The notes under the pieces: generated by a model
What the model saw: the letters and a program-made list of their open reading frames with translations, nothing else
Told to the model about the DNA's origin: nothing
The model's database searches: none
In this document: positions 33,745-45,200 of the stretch, piece by piece
Position numbering within the stretch: the first letter of the stretch is position 1
Layout: each line of letters opens with the position of its first letter
Assembly: GCA_023267755.1 (NCBI GenBank)
Contig: JAHFMR010000005.1
Coordinates: forward strand, 1-46,350
From: a bacterium
Lineage (GTDB): Bacteria; Patescibacteriota; Minisyncoccia; Phycocordibacterales; Phycocordibacteraceae
DNA: 46,350 bases
Direction: 5' to 3'
Program-made: the position numbers and the translations under genes

Positions 33745-34317
33745 TTATTGCAAGACTCGGTCAACCCTGTCCATAAGTTCTTTCTCGCTCAAGACTCCCG
33801 CGTGGACATCGCGGACAATCCCGGTGGAGTCGATGAAAAAGAAGGTTGGGAGGCTCTTTATCTGATACTGGCTTGTCGCGATGCCCTGCGTATCGAGCAC
33901 TACTTGTACCTGATACCCGCCCCGACTGACAAATGAGGAGACAAGACTCTTCTCTTCTTGGCTATTGATAGCGACAACGGGCGCCAGTTGTGCCTCTGGA
34001 GACTTGTGCGCAATATATTGATCGAGGATCTGTATCTGGTCAGCGGCTTGGCTATTCCACGTCGACCAGAATACGACGATAATAGGAGTCGTGCTGAATT
34101 GGGTTAATTTCACATGCGTGCCAGATATGTCGGGCAGGTCGAAATAGGGCGATTGCTGCCCTATCAAGGACGCGCTCGGCGGCGCTTCTGTAGTATCTAA
34201 GCGCGGAGCGCCTGTGATGCTCGGTAACACGCTTGAGCCGCCGAGATACACGAAGAGGAAGAGTGTGCCCACGATACCGAGCGCGATGAGTGGAGTCTGT
34301 ATTGTTTTAAACGTCAT
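33745..34317 (-). CDS. membrane-anchored TlpA/ResA-like thioredoxin-fold protein lacking the CxxC cysteines
   Basis: 190 aa. IIVVFWSTWNSQAADQ occupies the position where FWATWCPPC is expected. Distal LPTFFFID (cis-Pro region) is present. Confidence 0.75.
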   Translation of the reverse strand: MTFKTIQTPLIALGIVGTLFLFVYLGGSSVLPSITGAPRLDTTEAPPSASLIGQQSPYFDLPDISGTHVKLTQFSTTPIIVVFWSTWNSQAADQIQILDQYIAHKSPEAQLAPVVAINSQEEKSLVSSFVSRGGYQVQVVLDTQGIATSQYQIKSLPTFFFIDSTGIVRDVHAGVLSEKELMDRVDRVLQ

Positions 34318-37300
34318 AGGCCATAATGAAGATACGTAATAATCCCTTTCAGGAATCCCAAGAAGCCTTGCTGCCTCTCTGTGGTGAATGATACCCCGAC
34401 GAACGAGGGTCGTTCGAACGTACTGTCCTGTCCCACCGTCACATATCCTGGCGCATGCACGATGAGTCTGAACGTCCCCTGCGGGAGGGCGAGTTCGTAC
34501 GCACCGTTCTCGTCGACAGCGACATCCGCACTCGTCGATACCTGTGACGATACGAACGGCACATACGCATTCGTCTGTTCATTTAGCTTAAGTACCCGAA
34601 CAAGCGCACCAGGAATGGTATTCCCATGTGCCACAACACTCCCGCGCGGAATAGTCGCGAGCGTCCCAAAGCGTACGGCGGTCTCGGCATTGTGCGACGC
34701 ATCTTTTGCCGTAAGTAGCAGCGGCGTCGCACCGGCCGCTGGCGCTGTGAGCATCCCTTCCCAGAGACCGGAAGCAATATTCCGTGTGAGCTCCGTCATA
34801 CGCTCGCCAGCTGTGACCGAAGCGCTCACTGTATCTGCTTCGAGCGATATGCCGAATAGGAATGTGCTGTTCTCATACACAGTGAGCACACCTTCGGCGT
34901 CCGGAGTGATGTTGAGACCGTCTTTTACTGCCTCAAAGCTCCCAACATAGGGAGATGCCGTGTCGACCGTGATATCTGCGGACTGCGCCGGGGAGACATT
35001 ACCTGCAGCGTCTACTGCGCGCACGAAGAGACGATACGCACCGTCAGTAAGCTCGCTTGGATACGTGATGCTGTATGACGCACTCTTCTTGAGATATCCG
35101 TTCCTAAGAAGCGCAACCGACCAGTCGTCTTCCCGCGGGGACGCGTCGCGCGCAGTAAGGGCATATTCTACGGCGGCGATGCCTGAGAGCGCGTCGCTAG
35201 CGCCCCCAGTGGCCTTGAGCACGTCCGACTTCCCCAGCACCGTCTTCGCGAGCACTAGAGACGTGAGTGTCGGGGGCGTGCGATCGATAGCGAAACCGAC
35301 TGTCTCGGTAGACGTTGCGAGACCGTCTCCGACAATAAGCCGGAGTTCATAATCGACTGCTTCGCTTAGATGCATGACGTCCCAAACATACGACGTGTCC
35401 GTCTGCGCCACGGGAAGTGTGGTGAATGCCCCATTCCCGCGATGCCAACTAAGCGCGACTCCCGAGAGCGGCACCTTGTCGCGATTCACAATCTTCCACT
35501 GTATATCTGCAGTATCGCTAAACCCGTGAGACGATTGCGGCGTGATGAATGAAATAATCGGAGGATTATCATAGAGGAAAGAAGTAGTTGTCGGGCCGCT
35601 CGTATTCTCCGCCTGATCTGTCGCGGTGAGACGCACCGAGTTGCGTCCGCGGCTCGTCACGTTTACATCGCGAAACGCGAAGATCCCGTCGAACAGTGCC
35701 TTGGTTGTCTCGACGGTACTCCCGAACGTGAGCGTGACGACGCTCTCCGGCTCCGCCGTCCCCGAGACGATTGTTTGGACACCCTGCTTGTTTGGATTCG
35801 TGTCGGTGTCGTCGCCCACGCGCGCGTTTGGCGCGGGGGTGAGCACGAGCGGCGCGGCAGGAGGAGTGAGATCAATAATCACTGGGTGACTCACGCGCCC
35901 AACAAGCTTGCGATCATCGGTTACTCGCCAGAGCACCGGATATGTCCCTTCCTTCGTGAAAGTCGAGAACGTGGTCGCGAAACGCGCCCCCGTCGCGTCA
36001 GTAACGAGTGGCACTGCCGTCCACTTCTTACCATTATCAGTGCTGTATTCGACCCTTGCGATAGCGGCGTTAACGGAAAGGTCGCTTGGCACCAGCGCAT
36101 GCCCCGTCACCACAAGAGGTGTCTTGTTTGAGACAGTCTTCCTGCCGTCTTCAAATCGTAAGAACGGGAGCACATTATGGATACTCACCGACACCGGGTC
36201 GGTATACGCCTGTGCTACCCCATCATCAACACGCACACGCACGTAGTAGAGGCCGTTTTCGACCTCGGTCGAATCCCAATTAAAGCGATCCGCGGGGAGT
36301 GCGTCTCCTATAATCGTCCATGCGCTGTCGGTCGAGGAGGCAAAGAGGGATGAGAGCGGGAGGAGCGCATAGTCTCGAGCCGAGATAATCTGATAGGTAA
36401 ACGCGAGTGGATCGGCGTTGGCATCGGCATCGGCGGCAACAAGCGGCGCTGTACCGATCAGCGTCGCGTTCATCACCGGCCTTGAGAGCGCTATCGTCGG
36501 CGGGATATTGTATCGGATAGAAATCGGTACTGCCTCGCTTACGAGCCCTCCTTGATCGCGCGCCGTGATGCTCAAGACGTTGGCGCCACGCCCTTGCGCC
36601 TGTAAGCGTATCTTCGGCACAGTGAATACTCCGTCCTTACCCGGCTTAGCTTCATATGTATCGACGCCGTTCACCTCCACCATTGCTGTTGTGTCTGCTC
36701 GCACAGTTCCTATAATCGAGAGCGTGCTTGTCGCCACGACACTATTAGTGCGTGGCGAGGTGACAACCGGCTTCGGCGGCGGGTTCACCCCGACCGCGAG
36801 CGTCCCGCCGCTCACGACGAGACTCCCCTTATTCCCCGCTTTGTCTACGCCCGAGACGGCAATCCCCGCGACACCGTCATACCCAGGTACGGGAGTATAC
36901 ACGCCTTCGAAGTGGAGTCCGTTCCCTTTCATAATGACAGCACTCACAGCGGCACCTACTTGAGTGACGGTAACTACAGGAATACCCCCGAGCACTTCCG
37001 AGGCATCGACACTGATAGTAACCGGCGTGCCGCGCGTCGCGGGCGGATCGGCTTTCACGATAAAGGTCGGCGGGGTGAAATCGACCGAGAAGAGCCCCGA
37101 GACCATCTCGCCCATATGCCCATCGGTCCCGAGCGCGTCGACGATAACGCGATACAGAGATCCTGGCGTAAGAAGGTGGGTATCCCACGAATAGGATCCG
37201 CTTTTAGGAACATCGCTCGCGATAGAGATTGTATCGGCAGGACTGACGAATGAGCCGTCCCGAAGAGGAATCTTGTTCGAGTAGTAGAGATTAACCTTGA

Positions 37301-37814
37301 TTGCATTCAGTGTGACATAACTGATCGTCCCTTTCTGCGAGAACACATCGCCCTCTTGTGGCGAGCTGATCGTTACGATCGGATTCAGGATCGCGGTCGA
37401 GGCTTGTGTCTCCTCTCCCGCTCCGCCGCCATCTATCGGTATGGGCATCATTGTAAAAAGAGCTTCGCTCACTAAAGTACCTGTCGTTTTGCAATCGGCA
37501 TATACCAATGTGCTACAATCAAGATGATCGGCCGGATCAAACTCCAAAATCGAATAGTGACCAACGCCAAGACCAATATCGTTCATATCCTGATATTGGT
37601 AATACACCGGAACACCTTGCCGTACCGGCAACTCGTTGTCATCTAATCTGTAAATTGTATACCACTCTCCTCCACCCTCATTTGTGGCAGTAACAGGGTC
37701 GCCAACATAATATGACGATTTATCAAGCGTGATGGCGTGTGCGGTTGGAAAGAATGTGAACAGAATACTAAAAAAGGTGCCGGCTAGATAAGAAAGTAGG
37801 TGCCTTTTTTTCAT
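34314..37814 (-). CDS. large secreted protein with multiple bacterial Ig-like domains and a C-terminal CarboxypepD_reg-like domain
   Basis: 1166 aa. Signal peptide MKKRHLLSYLAGTFFSILFTFFPTAHA, many beta-rich repeats of about 90-100 aa, and a C-terminal GALVRVLKLNEQ...DENGAYELALPQGTFRLIVHAPGY. Confidence 0.8.
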   Translation of the reverse strand: MKKRHLLSYLAGTFFSILFTFFPTAHAITLDKSSYYVGDPVTATNEGGGEWYTIYRLDDNELPVRQGVPVYYQYQDMNDIGLGVGHYSILEFDPADHLDCSTLVYADCKTTGTLVSEALFTMMPIPIDGGGAGEETQASTAILNPIVTISSPQEGDVFSQKGTISYVTLNAIKVNLYYSNKIPLRDGSFVSPADTISIASDVPKSGSYSWDTHLLTPGSLYRVIVDALGTDGHMGEMVSGLFSVDFTPPTFIVKADPPATRGTPVTISVDASEVLGGIPVVTVTQVGAAVSAVIMKGNGLHFEGVYTPVPGYDGVAGIAVSGVDKAGNKGSLVVSGGTLAVGVNPPPKPVVTSPRTNSVVATSTLSIIGTVRADTTAMVEVNGVDTYEAKPGKDGVFTVPKIRLQAQGRGANVLSITARDQGGLVSEAVPISIRYNIPPTIALSRPVMNATLIGTAPLVAADADANADPLAFTYQIISARDYALLPLSSLFASSTDSAWTIIGDALPADRFNWDSTEVENGLYYVRVRVDDGVAQAYTDPVSVSIHNVLPFLRFEDGRKTVSNKTPLVVTGHALVPSDLSVNAAIARVEYSTDNGKKWTAVPLVTDATGARFATTFSTFTKEGTYPVLWRVTDDRKLVGRVSHPVIIDLTPPAAPLVLTPAPNARVGDDTDTNPNKQGVQTIVSGTAEPESVVTLTFGSTVETTKALFDGIFAFRDVNVTSRGRNSVRLTATDQAENTSGPTTTSFLYDNPPIISFITPQSSHGFSDTADIQWKIVNRDKVPLSGVALSWHRGNGAFTTLPVAQTDTSYVWDVMHLSEAVDYELRLIVGDGLATSTETVGFAIDRTPPTLTSLVLAKTVLGKSDVLKATGGASDALSGIAAVEYALTARDASPREDDWSVALLRNGYLKKSASYSITYPSELTDGAYRLFVRAVDAAGNVSPAQSADITVDTASPYVGSFEAVKDGLNITPDAEGVLTVYENSTFLFGISLEADTVSASVTAGERMTELTRNIASGLWEGMLTAPAAGATPLLLTAKDASHNAETAVRFGTLATIPRGSVVAHGNTIPGALVRVLKLNEQTNAYVPFVSSQVSTSADVAVDENGAYELALPQGTFRLIVHAPGYVTVGQDSTFERPSFVGVSFTTERQQGFLGFLKGIITYLHYGL

Positions 37815-37837
37815 AGGAATTACCTACTTCAAAAGGC

Positions 37838-38218
37838 CTACGGAGTACCTCCGAGATTAATCGGCGCGACTTCTATAATCTTATTGAGTGACGACCGGTA
37901 GAGGATAGCCTTCCGCGAGACTGAGTAGACCAAGACCTTGTCTCCTTTCTGAGCGTTGGCAAAGAAGGACTGGTCCTTCAGTTTATCCGGATCAGAGACC
38001 GTAGCGAGTGTTGGGGTTTCTTCGGCAGGCAGGACTATCAGCTTCCCCACTGCTGCTACTGTTCGGTCGAGATCTGCCCGTGCTTCTTTAGCAGGGTCTA
38101 TATGTGCTTGTGAATAGAAATAAATCATCCCCCCTACCGAGAGTGCAAGAAGCACGGCCAGCCCAACAATAATGTTCTTGGTGGTGAGAAACTGTTTTAT
38201 TTTTTCTAGAGGTGTCAT
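37838..38218 (-). CDS. small single-pass membrane protein (126 aa), unknown function
   Basis: N-terminal TM IIVGLAVLLALSVGGMIYFY followed by a soluble domain of about 85 aa. Tightly packed between neighbours. Confidence 0.6.
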   Translation of the reverse strand: MTPLEKIKQFLTTKNIIVGLAVLLALSVGGMIYFYSQAHIDPAKEARADLDRTVAAVGKLIVLPAEETPTLATVSDPDKLKDQSFFANAQKGDKVLVYSVSRKAILYRSSLNKIIEVAPINLGGTP

Positions 38219-38239
38219 AACACTATTGTACCACTCGGA

Positions 38240-39277
38240 TTAATTGCCTTCATTGCCAACCATCGCATTGTAGATATCGAGCGACGTATCCTGGAGCACC
38301 TCCTCCAAGTCTGTATAATCATCCCCTTCGGTCAAAATACAAAACGAGTACGGCTCCTTGCCGTCCTTCGCATAGACGATGCCGCACTCGTGCACCTGGC
38401 GGATTATCTGTGCAGGATTCTGCGGGTCTACTCCCGTCCGTTCCGCGAATTTATGTGCGACGACCACCGAGGACGGGAGCTTGGCGGTTGCGCCATTGGA
38501 GAAAGTGCTTTGGGAGAGCGTTTTAAGCGCACTGTTCGAGTATTCTTCAGTGAGATACGATGAGTTGTAGAGCATACGGAATACCCCGGCATAGGTCCGC
38601 GCGGTGATAAGGTTCTCGTTCTCATTAGTAGGTCGTGTAATCTGGATACCGAGCGCCTGCAGGATACGATCGATAAACTCACTCGGATAATAATTGAAGA
38701 GGAGCTGCGCTGCGGTATTATCTGAATAAACAATCGCGCGATGCATCAATTCTCTGATTGTATATTTCGTTCCGGCAACAAGTTGCTCCTTCGGCTTAAT
38801 GATCTGAGTATCATACAAATTCGGCGTTCCGTCGTACTGGATTTCTTGGTCAAGGATTCTCGGCTCCACTTCGGCGAGCTTGTACCCGCCGATGAGCACC
38901 GGGATCTTAAGAAAACTCGCCATATAGAACACGTCATTATCGTTCACTCCTGCGAAGCGGTTTGAGGTGAGATCGCGAACGAAGATGCCAATCCGCTTCG
39001 CCTTTCCTATATTCTTATATCCCTCGGTAAGCACTCGTAATCTATCTTGCAAGTCTGAGAGGGATGCGGCCTTCTGATCGGAGACATCGCAATTTATATT
39101 CGGCTTGATGAACTGCAAATTCGAAACGCAGGGCGTCGAAGCGGTAACGCCAGGAATGGTAAATTCTATAGCGTCATCAACAAGAGCGCCTATAAACATT
39201 CCGATGATGAAAATCGAACCAATGAAGATGTGCTTGCGCTTGAAAATTTCTCGCCAGCGAGATGCCATACGAGACAT
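38240..39277 (-). CDS. class A beta-lactamase-like serine hydrolase (paralog of 3814-4896)
   Basis: 345 aa. ASFLKIPV (SxxK) and VYSDNTAAQLL (SDN), with HKFA at the KTG position. Colinear similarity to 3814-4896 along most of the length. Confidence 0.8.
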   Translation of the reverse strand: MSRMASRWREIFKRKHIFIGSIFIIGMFIGALVDDAIEFTIPGVTASTPCVSNLQFIKPNINCDVSDQKAASLSDLQDRLRVLTEGYKNIGKAKRIGIFVRDLTSNRFAGVNDNDVFYMASFLKIPVLIGGYKLAEVEPRILDQEIQYDGTPNLYDTQIIKPKEQLVAGTKYTIRELMHRAIVYSDNTAAQLLFNYYPSEFIDRILQALGIQITRPTNENENLITARTYAGVFRMLYNSSYLTEEYSNSALKTLSQSTFSNGATAKLPSSVVVAHKFAERTGVDPQNPAQIIRQVHECGIVYAKDGKEPYSFCILTEGDDYTDLEEVLQDTSLDIYNAMVGNEGN

Positions 39278-39289
39278 ATTTTATCACAC

Positions 39290-42200
39290 CTAAGGAAGTG
39301 TTGTGATGTCGTTTGGAGGTACTGTCGGTTCAGGCGGCGGCTCGGTGGGTGGTTCAATTAGCGTAACGATCTGCTCTTCCGGCACTGTTGTTGGTGGAGA
39401 TGCTTGGTCGGTGGTTGAAGCGGTAGTGTCTACTGCAGGAGTCGTACTCGCGCTCTGTACCTCTTCGGGCGGAGTGGTGGTGCCAATCGGAAGCGTTGAG
39501 ACATCGGCCACAGGAACAGTCTCTGACACTACTGTCCGCGAGGTGAACTCCTTAGAATCTTTAATCGCGAGCGCTATCCAGTTGAAGGAGATATCTGCTG
39601 GTGCTTTCTTATTGAGGACGATCGTGAAGCCGTGGACACTCTTCTTGGTGACGATGAATTGTATATTCGCATCAAAGAGCTTCGAGATGTCGGCATCTGT
39701 GGTGGAGGCATCATTGAACGACATCGAGGAGGTAACGATAGGCTGCTCGATATAGTCACGACCGAAGGTGACGTCGACCGACTGTGCGCCTGCCTTAATC
39801 ACCGCGCTCCCGCCCGTGTCAGTGGTGAAGTACGGGCGGCCGAAGAAGGCGGTGTCGCTCATAATATTTATCGTTGTGCTCGCAGAGCCGAGATCAGTAA
39901 CCTGGAGTCCGCCGGTGAAGCTCGCGGCGCCCGAGACCGCGAGAGCTCCGGTAGAGACCTTCTGGGCAACGACTTCTCCAGCGAAGTAGGCATTGCCGGT
40001 GGTGTCGAAGCTGATGACGATATCGCTTGCGTCAGCAACTACCAGCGTAGTCGAAGCAATTGCATCAGTGGTACTCGCATCTTGATGAGTCGTGCTGGCG
40101 AATGCATCGAGTGCGGAAGCAAGCGCGGTCGAGGTTGCGAGCGAGAGTGTTTGAGTTGCTTTCACTCCGTGCACCACGAGCTTGTCGCCGACGATACTAA
40201 GGGCGAGCGAGCCAACCGTGCTTCCCGAGATGGTATCGGTAGTGAGCGCGCTCGTGTGCACCGCGTTCGCGATAAACTCTGGACTGATGACCGAGGAAAC
40301 GGCGCTTATCTTATCGGTAAAGATCTCTGACGGCGCAGAGACTCCCTTCCCACGCTCTTCTTTCAGTGCCGCGAGGAAGCCAAGTACTTCTTGGTCGTGG
40401 CTCTGGATGACTGCAGTAGCGCCACTGCCGACGAGTCCATTGCCGCTGTCAGTCGAGGTCGCCACATCGAGACCCACCTGCGCGCCGAGAGTAGTGAGCG
40501 CATTTGTGTGTGTGCTCTTCCAGTCGCTCATCGCGAGATCGACCGACTGGCCTGTGTAGTCGATCATATTCACGAACATCATAATCGTCGTACACTTCCG
40601 CTCCATCTGATACTCGCTCGCAGGACAATCGATTAGCTTAGCCGGATCAACCGACTCAAGCGCCTTGCCGAGGACTCTCCCCGAGAGCGTCGCCTTCATC
40701 GCATAGCCAGGGACGCTCGCGGCGGTCAGATAATCGCCCGTGCGGATCATCCCATTCTCAGTAGAGACCAAGACCGGGACGCGGCCGATAAGCGCGATGG
40801 GGTATGAATTCTCGGTATAGGCGCCCGCGACGAAGCCCGGATCGGTGGAGACAACGCCGAGCATATCTGGCTGGTATTGATACTTAGAGGGCATCACGCC
40901 GTGATTATTCTGCGGGTCGATAGATACCACCATTCCCTTCTGCAGCTCCACCTGCGAAGTGTAACGCTCTGCCAAGTCGGCGCCGCTCGTGTTAATGGTA
41001 CCGCCAGTCTGTGCGAAGATGTCCCCCCCGGACGTAACTCTGAACACTGAGAGACCATCGGCCTGGAGATTAATAAGATCCTTGTCCTTAGTCACCTTAT
41101 ATTCATAGAGCACCGGGGTCGCTACCGGTCTCTGCGGGAAAGCCATTGCTGAACCGCCGTTATTGTTCCAGGTGTCGGTGTAGATGCCGCTGTAGGATGG
41201 GAAGGTTCTGCGGAAATTGAAGTTAATCTGCAGCCACGTATCGGTTGCCGCAGGATTTATTAATCCACCGGAGTTCGACACTTCTCGTGTTGTAGAAGTA
41301 GCGAGTGCAGCCTGCGTCGGAGCAGTCTTCACTTCTGCGGAGATGCCTCCTAGAGCGGTGCTGAACATATTGCTTCTCCACATAAGAGTCGAGTTGGAAT
41401 CAAGCTTGGTGCCCACCGACGAGAGGTCAAACTGCTCCGACTTATAGATGCCGCTCGGCACCCAACCAGCGTCGTAGGTCATCACCGCATTTGAGGTGGT
41501 CGTCGTCGCTGCGCCCATAATAACAACGAACTTGCCATCAGAGCGCTGGAAGGTGACCGAGCCGCTATTAGTACCGTTGCCGACGCTTGGTCCGGCGGTA
41601 TTAAGACCGATGTTTCCCAATACCCCTGTTGAACCGGTATTCCCCGCTTGTTCATTATAAATATTGGTAACGGGCTGTGGAGCAAACAGAGCTCCGCCAC
41701 CACCAGCGGTGAGAAGCCATGTGCCATCGGGTCGTGGAATTGCCCCTGCACCAAGTCCTACTCCTACAGCGGTAACAAGGGGCGCACCGGCAGGCATGGT
41801 GAGTGCATTGGTAAACGGATTATAAATTTGTGTGGCAAGCAGACCAACACATGTAAGCGTTGTCGCACTCCCTCTCACAATGACCCACTGGCCGTCCTTC
41901 CTCTGAAAAGCGAAAGCTCCGGGGCCATTACCAGTGATGGCCGGAGCGCCCGTAGCGGTAAATACCATCGTATAAGGATTGAAGAGGTTGGTGACAGTAC
42001 TAAGCGTGCCGCACATGGTACCTTGATTGACTGCTGACATTCCAGGAATGAAGAGGTAGGTGCCGTCGGGTCGCGGTATGGACATTGAACCTGGACCAAC
42101 CACCTGCGTAGGAGTGGGTCCCATCGTCATTGTATTATTCACAGGATCGTAGATTGAGGTCTGAGCCGTACCACCACCATGCACAATGAGTACACGCCCG

Positions 42201-45200
42201 TTCGGCAATGGTATGGCGGACGCCCCTATACCGGCACCGGTCGTACCAGACACGCTCGCGAGCGACGGGCCAGCAACGAAAGTGTCCCCGACTGGATCAT
42301 AGATATTGGTGGTGCTGGTGGCTGACGCTCCTGCGCCCATTACAACCAGGAAAGTGCCGTTCGGACGTTTGAACGCGAAACCTCCTATACCGAGCGCGAC
42401 CGTCGGCACCTGCGGCGCAGCCGTACGAAGTGTGGTGGTAGAAGTGTTCTCGTCATAGATTTGGGAATTCAGTGTCGGATTACCGGAAATAATCACGAAT
42501 TGTCCGTTTGGACGCTTCATCACCACGGTCGTAGAGGCAGTAGCGACTTGCAACGGCGAGGAACTCGCGAACGCTCCGTTATAAAAGGTAGCGTTTGTTG
42601 TATTTATCGTAGAGCCCCATCCCACGCCTGCAGAAAGCGCGAGCGCGTTTGCGTTATTCTTATCGTTAGAAATATTCACCATCACCGGCCCCGACGCGGT
42701 CGCCGTGCTTGAAGAGACCGTGTTGCCGAAATCAAATTGGCTCCGGTGAAGCACTGCGCCGTTGTCCACAGTGATGTCATAGAGCACCGGATCGGCGTTC
42801 ACGCGGCGGTATCGCGTCATACTTCCTTTTCTGATCCCCCACTCTTGGTCGAGGAAACGCGGGAGCTCACGCTGGAAGGTAAATTTGAATTGAATACGGT
42901 TATCAGCGGTGGTTGTAGCGTTAATCAAATCACCGCTATTTGCGATATTGCGATAGGTACCAGAAGAACATGCCGCCGGACTCGTAACTGTCCTCACTTG
43001 AGCTTGTATCGTCCCTTCAGTATTTTGCGTCCAATTAAGTGTCGAGTTCGGGGAGAGATTTGTGTTGTCGATACACTCGCTTTCATAATAGGCATCCTGC
43101 GTGTTGGCACGATTAGTACCCGTGACAAAGTTCATATCGTATATATCAAGACCTGTGCCGCCGCCTCGGGCAATGGCATATCGCCCATCGGGAGTCATAA
43201 AGGCAACCATACCGGCTCCGGCTGCTCCCGAAAGAGCCAGTGACCCTCCTGGATTAGTAAACACGGGGTTTTGTGCTCCTACTGTCGCACCGGGCATACC
43301 GGCTCCGGCATCAATTACATTCACTACGGTCGTGTTTGCCGTAATGAGCGTGTATTTGCCATCTTGTCGCCAGACCGCTTGAGCTCCGTCGGCGAGTGCC
43401 GACGAAGGACCTAGGCCAGCACCTGATAGAGCACTACTGAAAGCTCCAGCACCGTTCGGCGTTGTCGTGCCGACTGGGTTATATACGAAAGAGGTAGTAA
43501 TCGCACCGGGTATGGTGAGGAACATGCCGTCGGCACGCCGTATAGAGAATGCCCCTGCCGCAATAGTTGCTGGTGCTGTGGGACCAGTTGTTAAGGTGTT
43601 GTTATAGGGGTTATAGATTTGTGTCGCCGTACCATTGCCGATGTAAATGAGGAATGTTCCGTCGTCTCTCTGAACAGCATGGGAGCCCACTCCGATTGAG
43701 CTTATGGTGGGACCGGCGGTGAATGTGTTCGCGGTCGGGTCATAGATGAAGGTCACGGTATTGCCCGCCCACCAAACAAGATATTTGCCGTCTGGACGGA
43801 GCAATGCGTTCGTACCGCTCGTTGATGGGCAGTTCGTGGGAAGTCCCGCTGTCGGTGCCGCCACTGCGGGAGCTATGCCATAGGGATCAATAATAGTATT
43901 CACGTTGCAGTTTGGGTTTCCTGCACTTGTTATCACCAGATATTTACCGTCAGGACGCTTCAGAGAAAGAGCGCCAGATTGCGGGGTCTGTCCCAAAGTA
44001 GAATTCGGAAGTGTCGTCACAGTGTTTGAATATCCATTCCACACTGAAACGGTGGTGCCGCCGCCGTTTATAATGACGTACTTGCCGTCACTCCGCATAA
44101 TGACGTGCCCCCCAGCACCCATTGTTGCGAAGGTGGCGGTCGAGCTTGCTGCGATAGAACCGTCTCCCGGGATTACCCCGTCTTGAATCGTGATGTAGCC
44201 GTTTGTCGTGGTGGTAGTCGCGAGCGTTGACGCGCCGCCGATACCTCCCTGGAAGTCTGCTGTGGTAGTTTTAACCGTGTCAGAGGTCGCTGCGTTTATC
44301 GTGAGTCCGCCGCTGTTCGCGACCGTGAACTTATCAACGCCTGCTTGTTGGAGTGCAAGGAGTCCACCCGCACCGCGCTGATCGATGATCGCCGCCGCGA
44401 TGACGGCCGAGGTGCTCGAAGCCGAGAGTGTAGCCAGTGGGCTTGAGGTGCCGACACCGAGGCGCTTGTTCGTGGCATCCCAGAAGAAGTTTGCATTGTC
44501 GCCGCTAAACGCAGCGCCGTTCGCAAATTGAACTGCTCCGGTATTCCCTTGAGCGCTCGCGGTGCCGGAGTTGATGCAGGTGCCGTTGATCGCGTAGCAG
44601 ACCGCTGCACCGCTCGAGATATTGAGACCGCCACCAGTGCTGTAGAAGGTCGTCGTAGCCGCCGCGAAGTTCGCGATACTGTTCACCGAGAATATGGTTC
44701 CTGGCGAGGTGGTACCGATACCTACATTACCCGTCGAGGTGATGGTCATGCGAGTAGTATCATTCGTTTCAAGAGAAATATCGTGAAGCGATTGTGTCCC
44801 AATGTCTAAAGTTGTTACACCTGTCGTGTGCATACCAAAATGACCGGTGACTGTATTATTTGATACTGTCAAGACGGAAGCACCCGTTGTTGAATTAACT
44901 GCAAGGAGCGACATCGGGCTCGTTGTACCGACACCAATGGAACCATTCGTCGTGAAGTTGCCCGTACTTGTCGTGGTGGCATTGCCATTGACGACAAAAC
45001 CGTTCTTAAAGTACCAAGCGAGATTGTCGGTAACAGTAGATGAGGCGGTGTAGTAGTTGGTGCCGCCGAAGGAGGTGTAGACGAGATTGGGGACACCGGC
45101 GCCACCTGTTCCGTTAATGGTAACTGGCGATGTTCCGAGTACGTTGAAACCTGAGCAGGAAACCGTCCCGGAACAAGTCACCGATGTTGTGGCCACCCCT

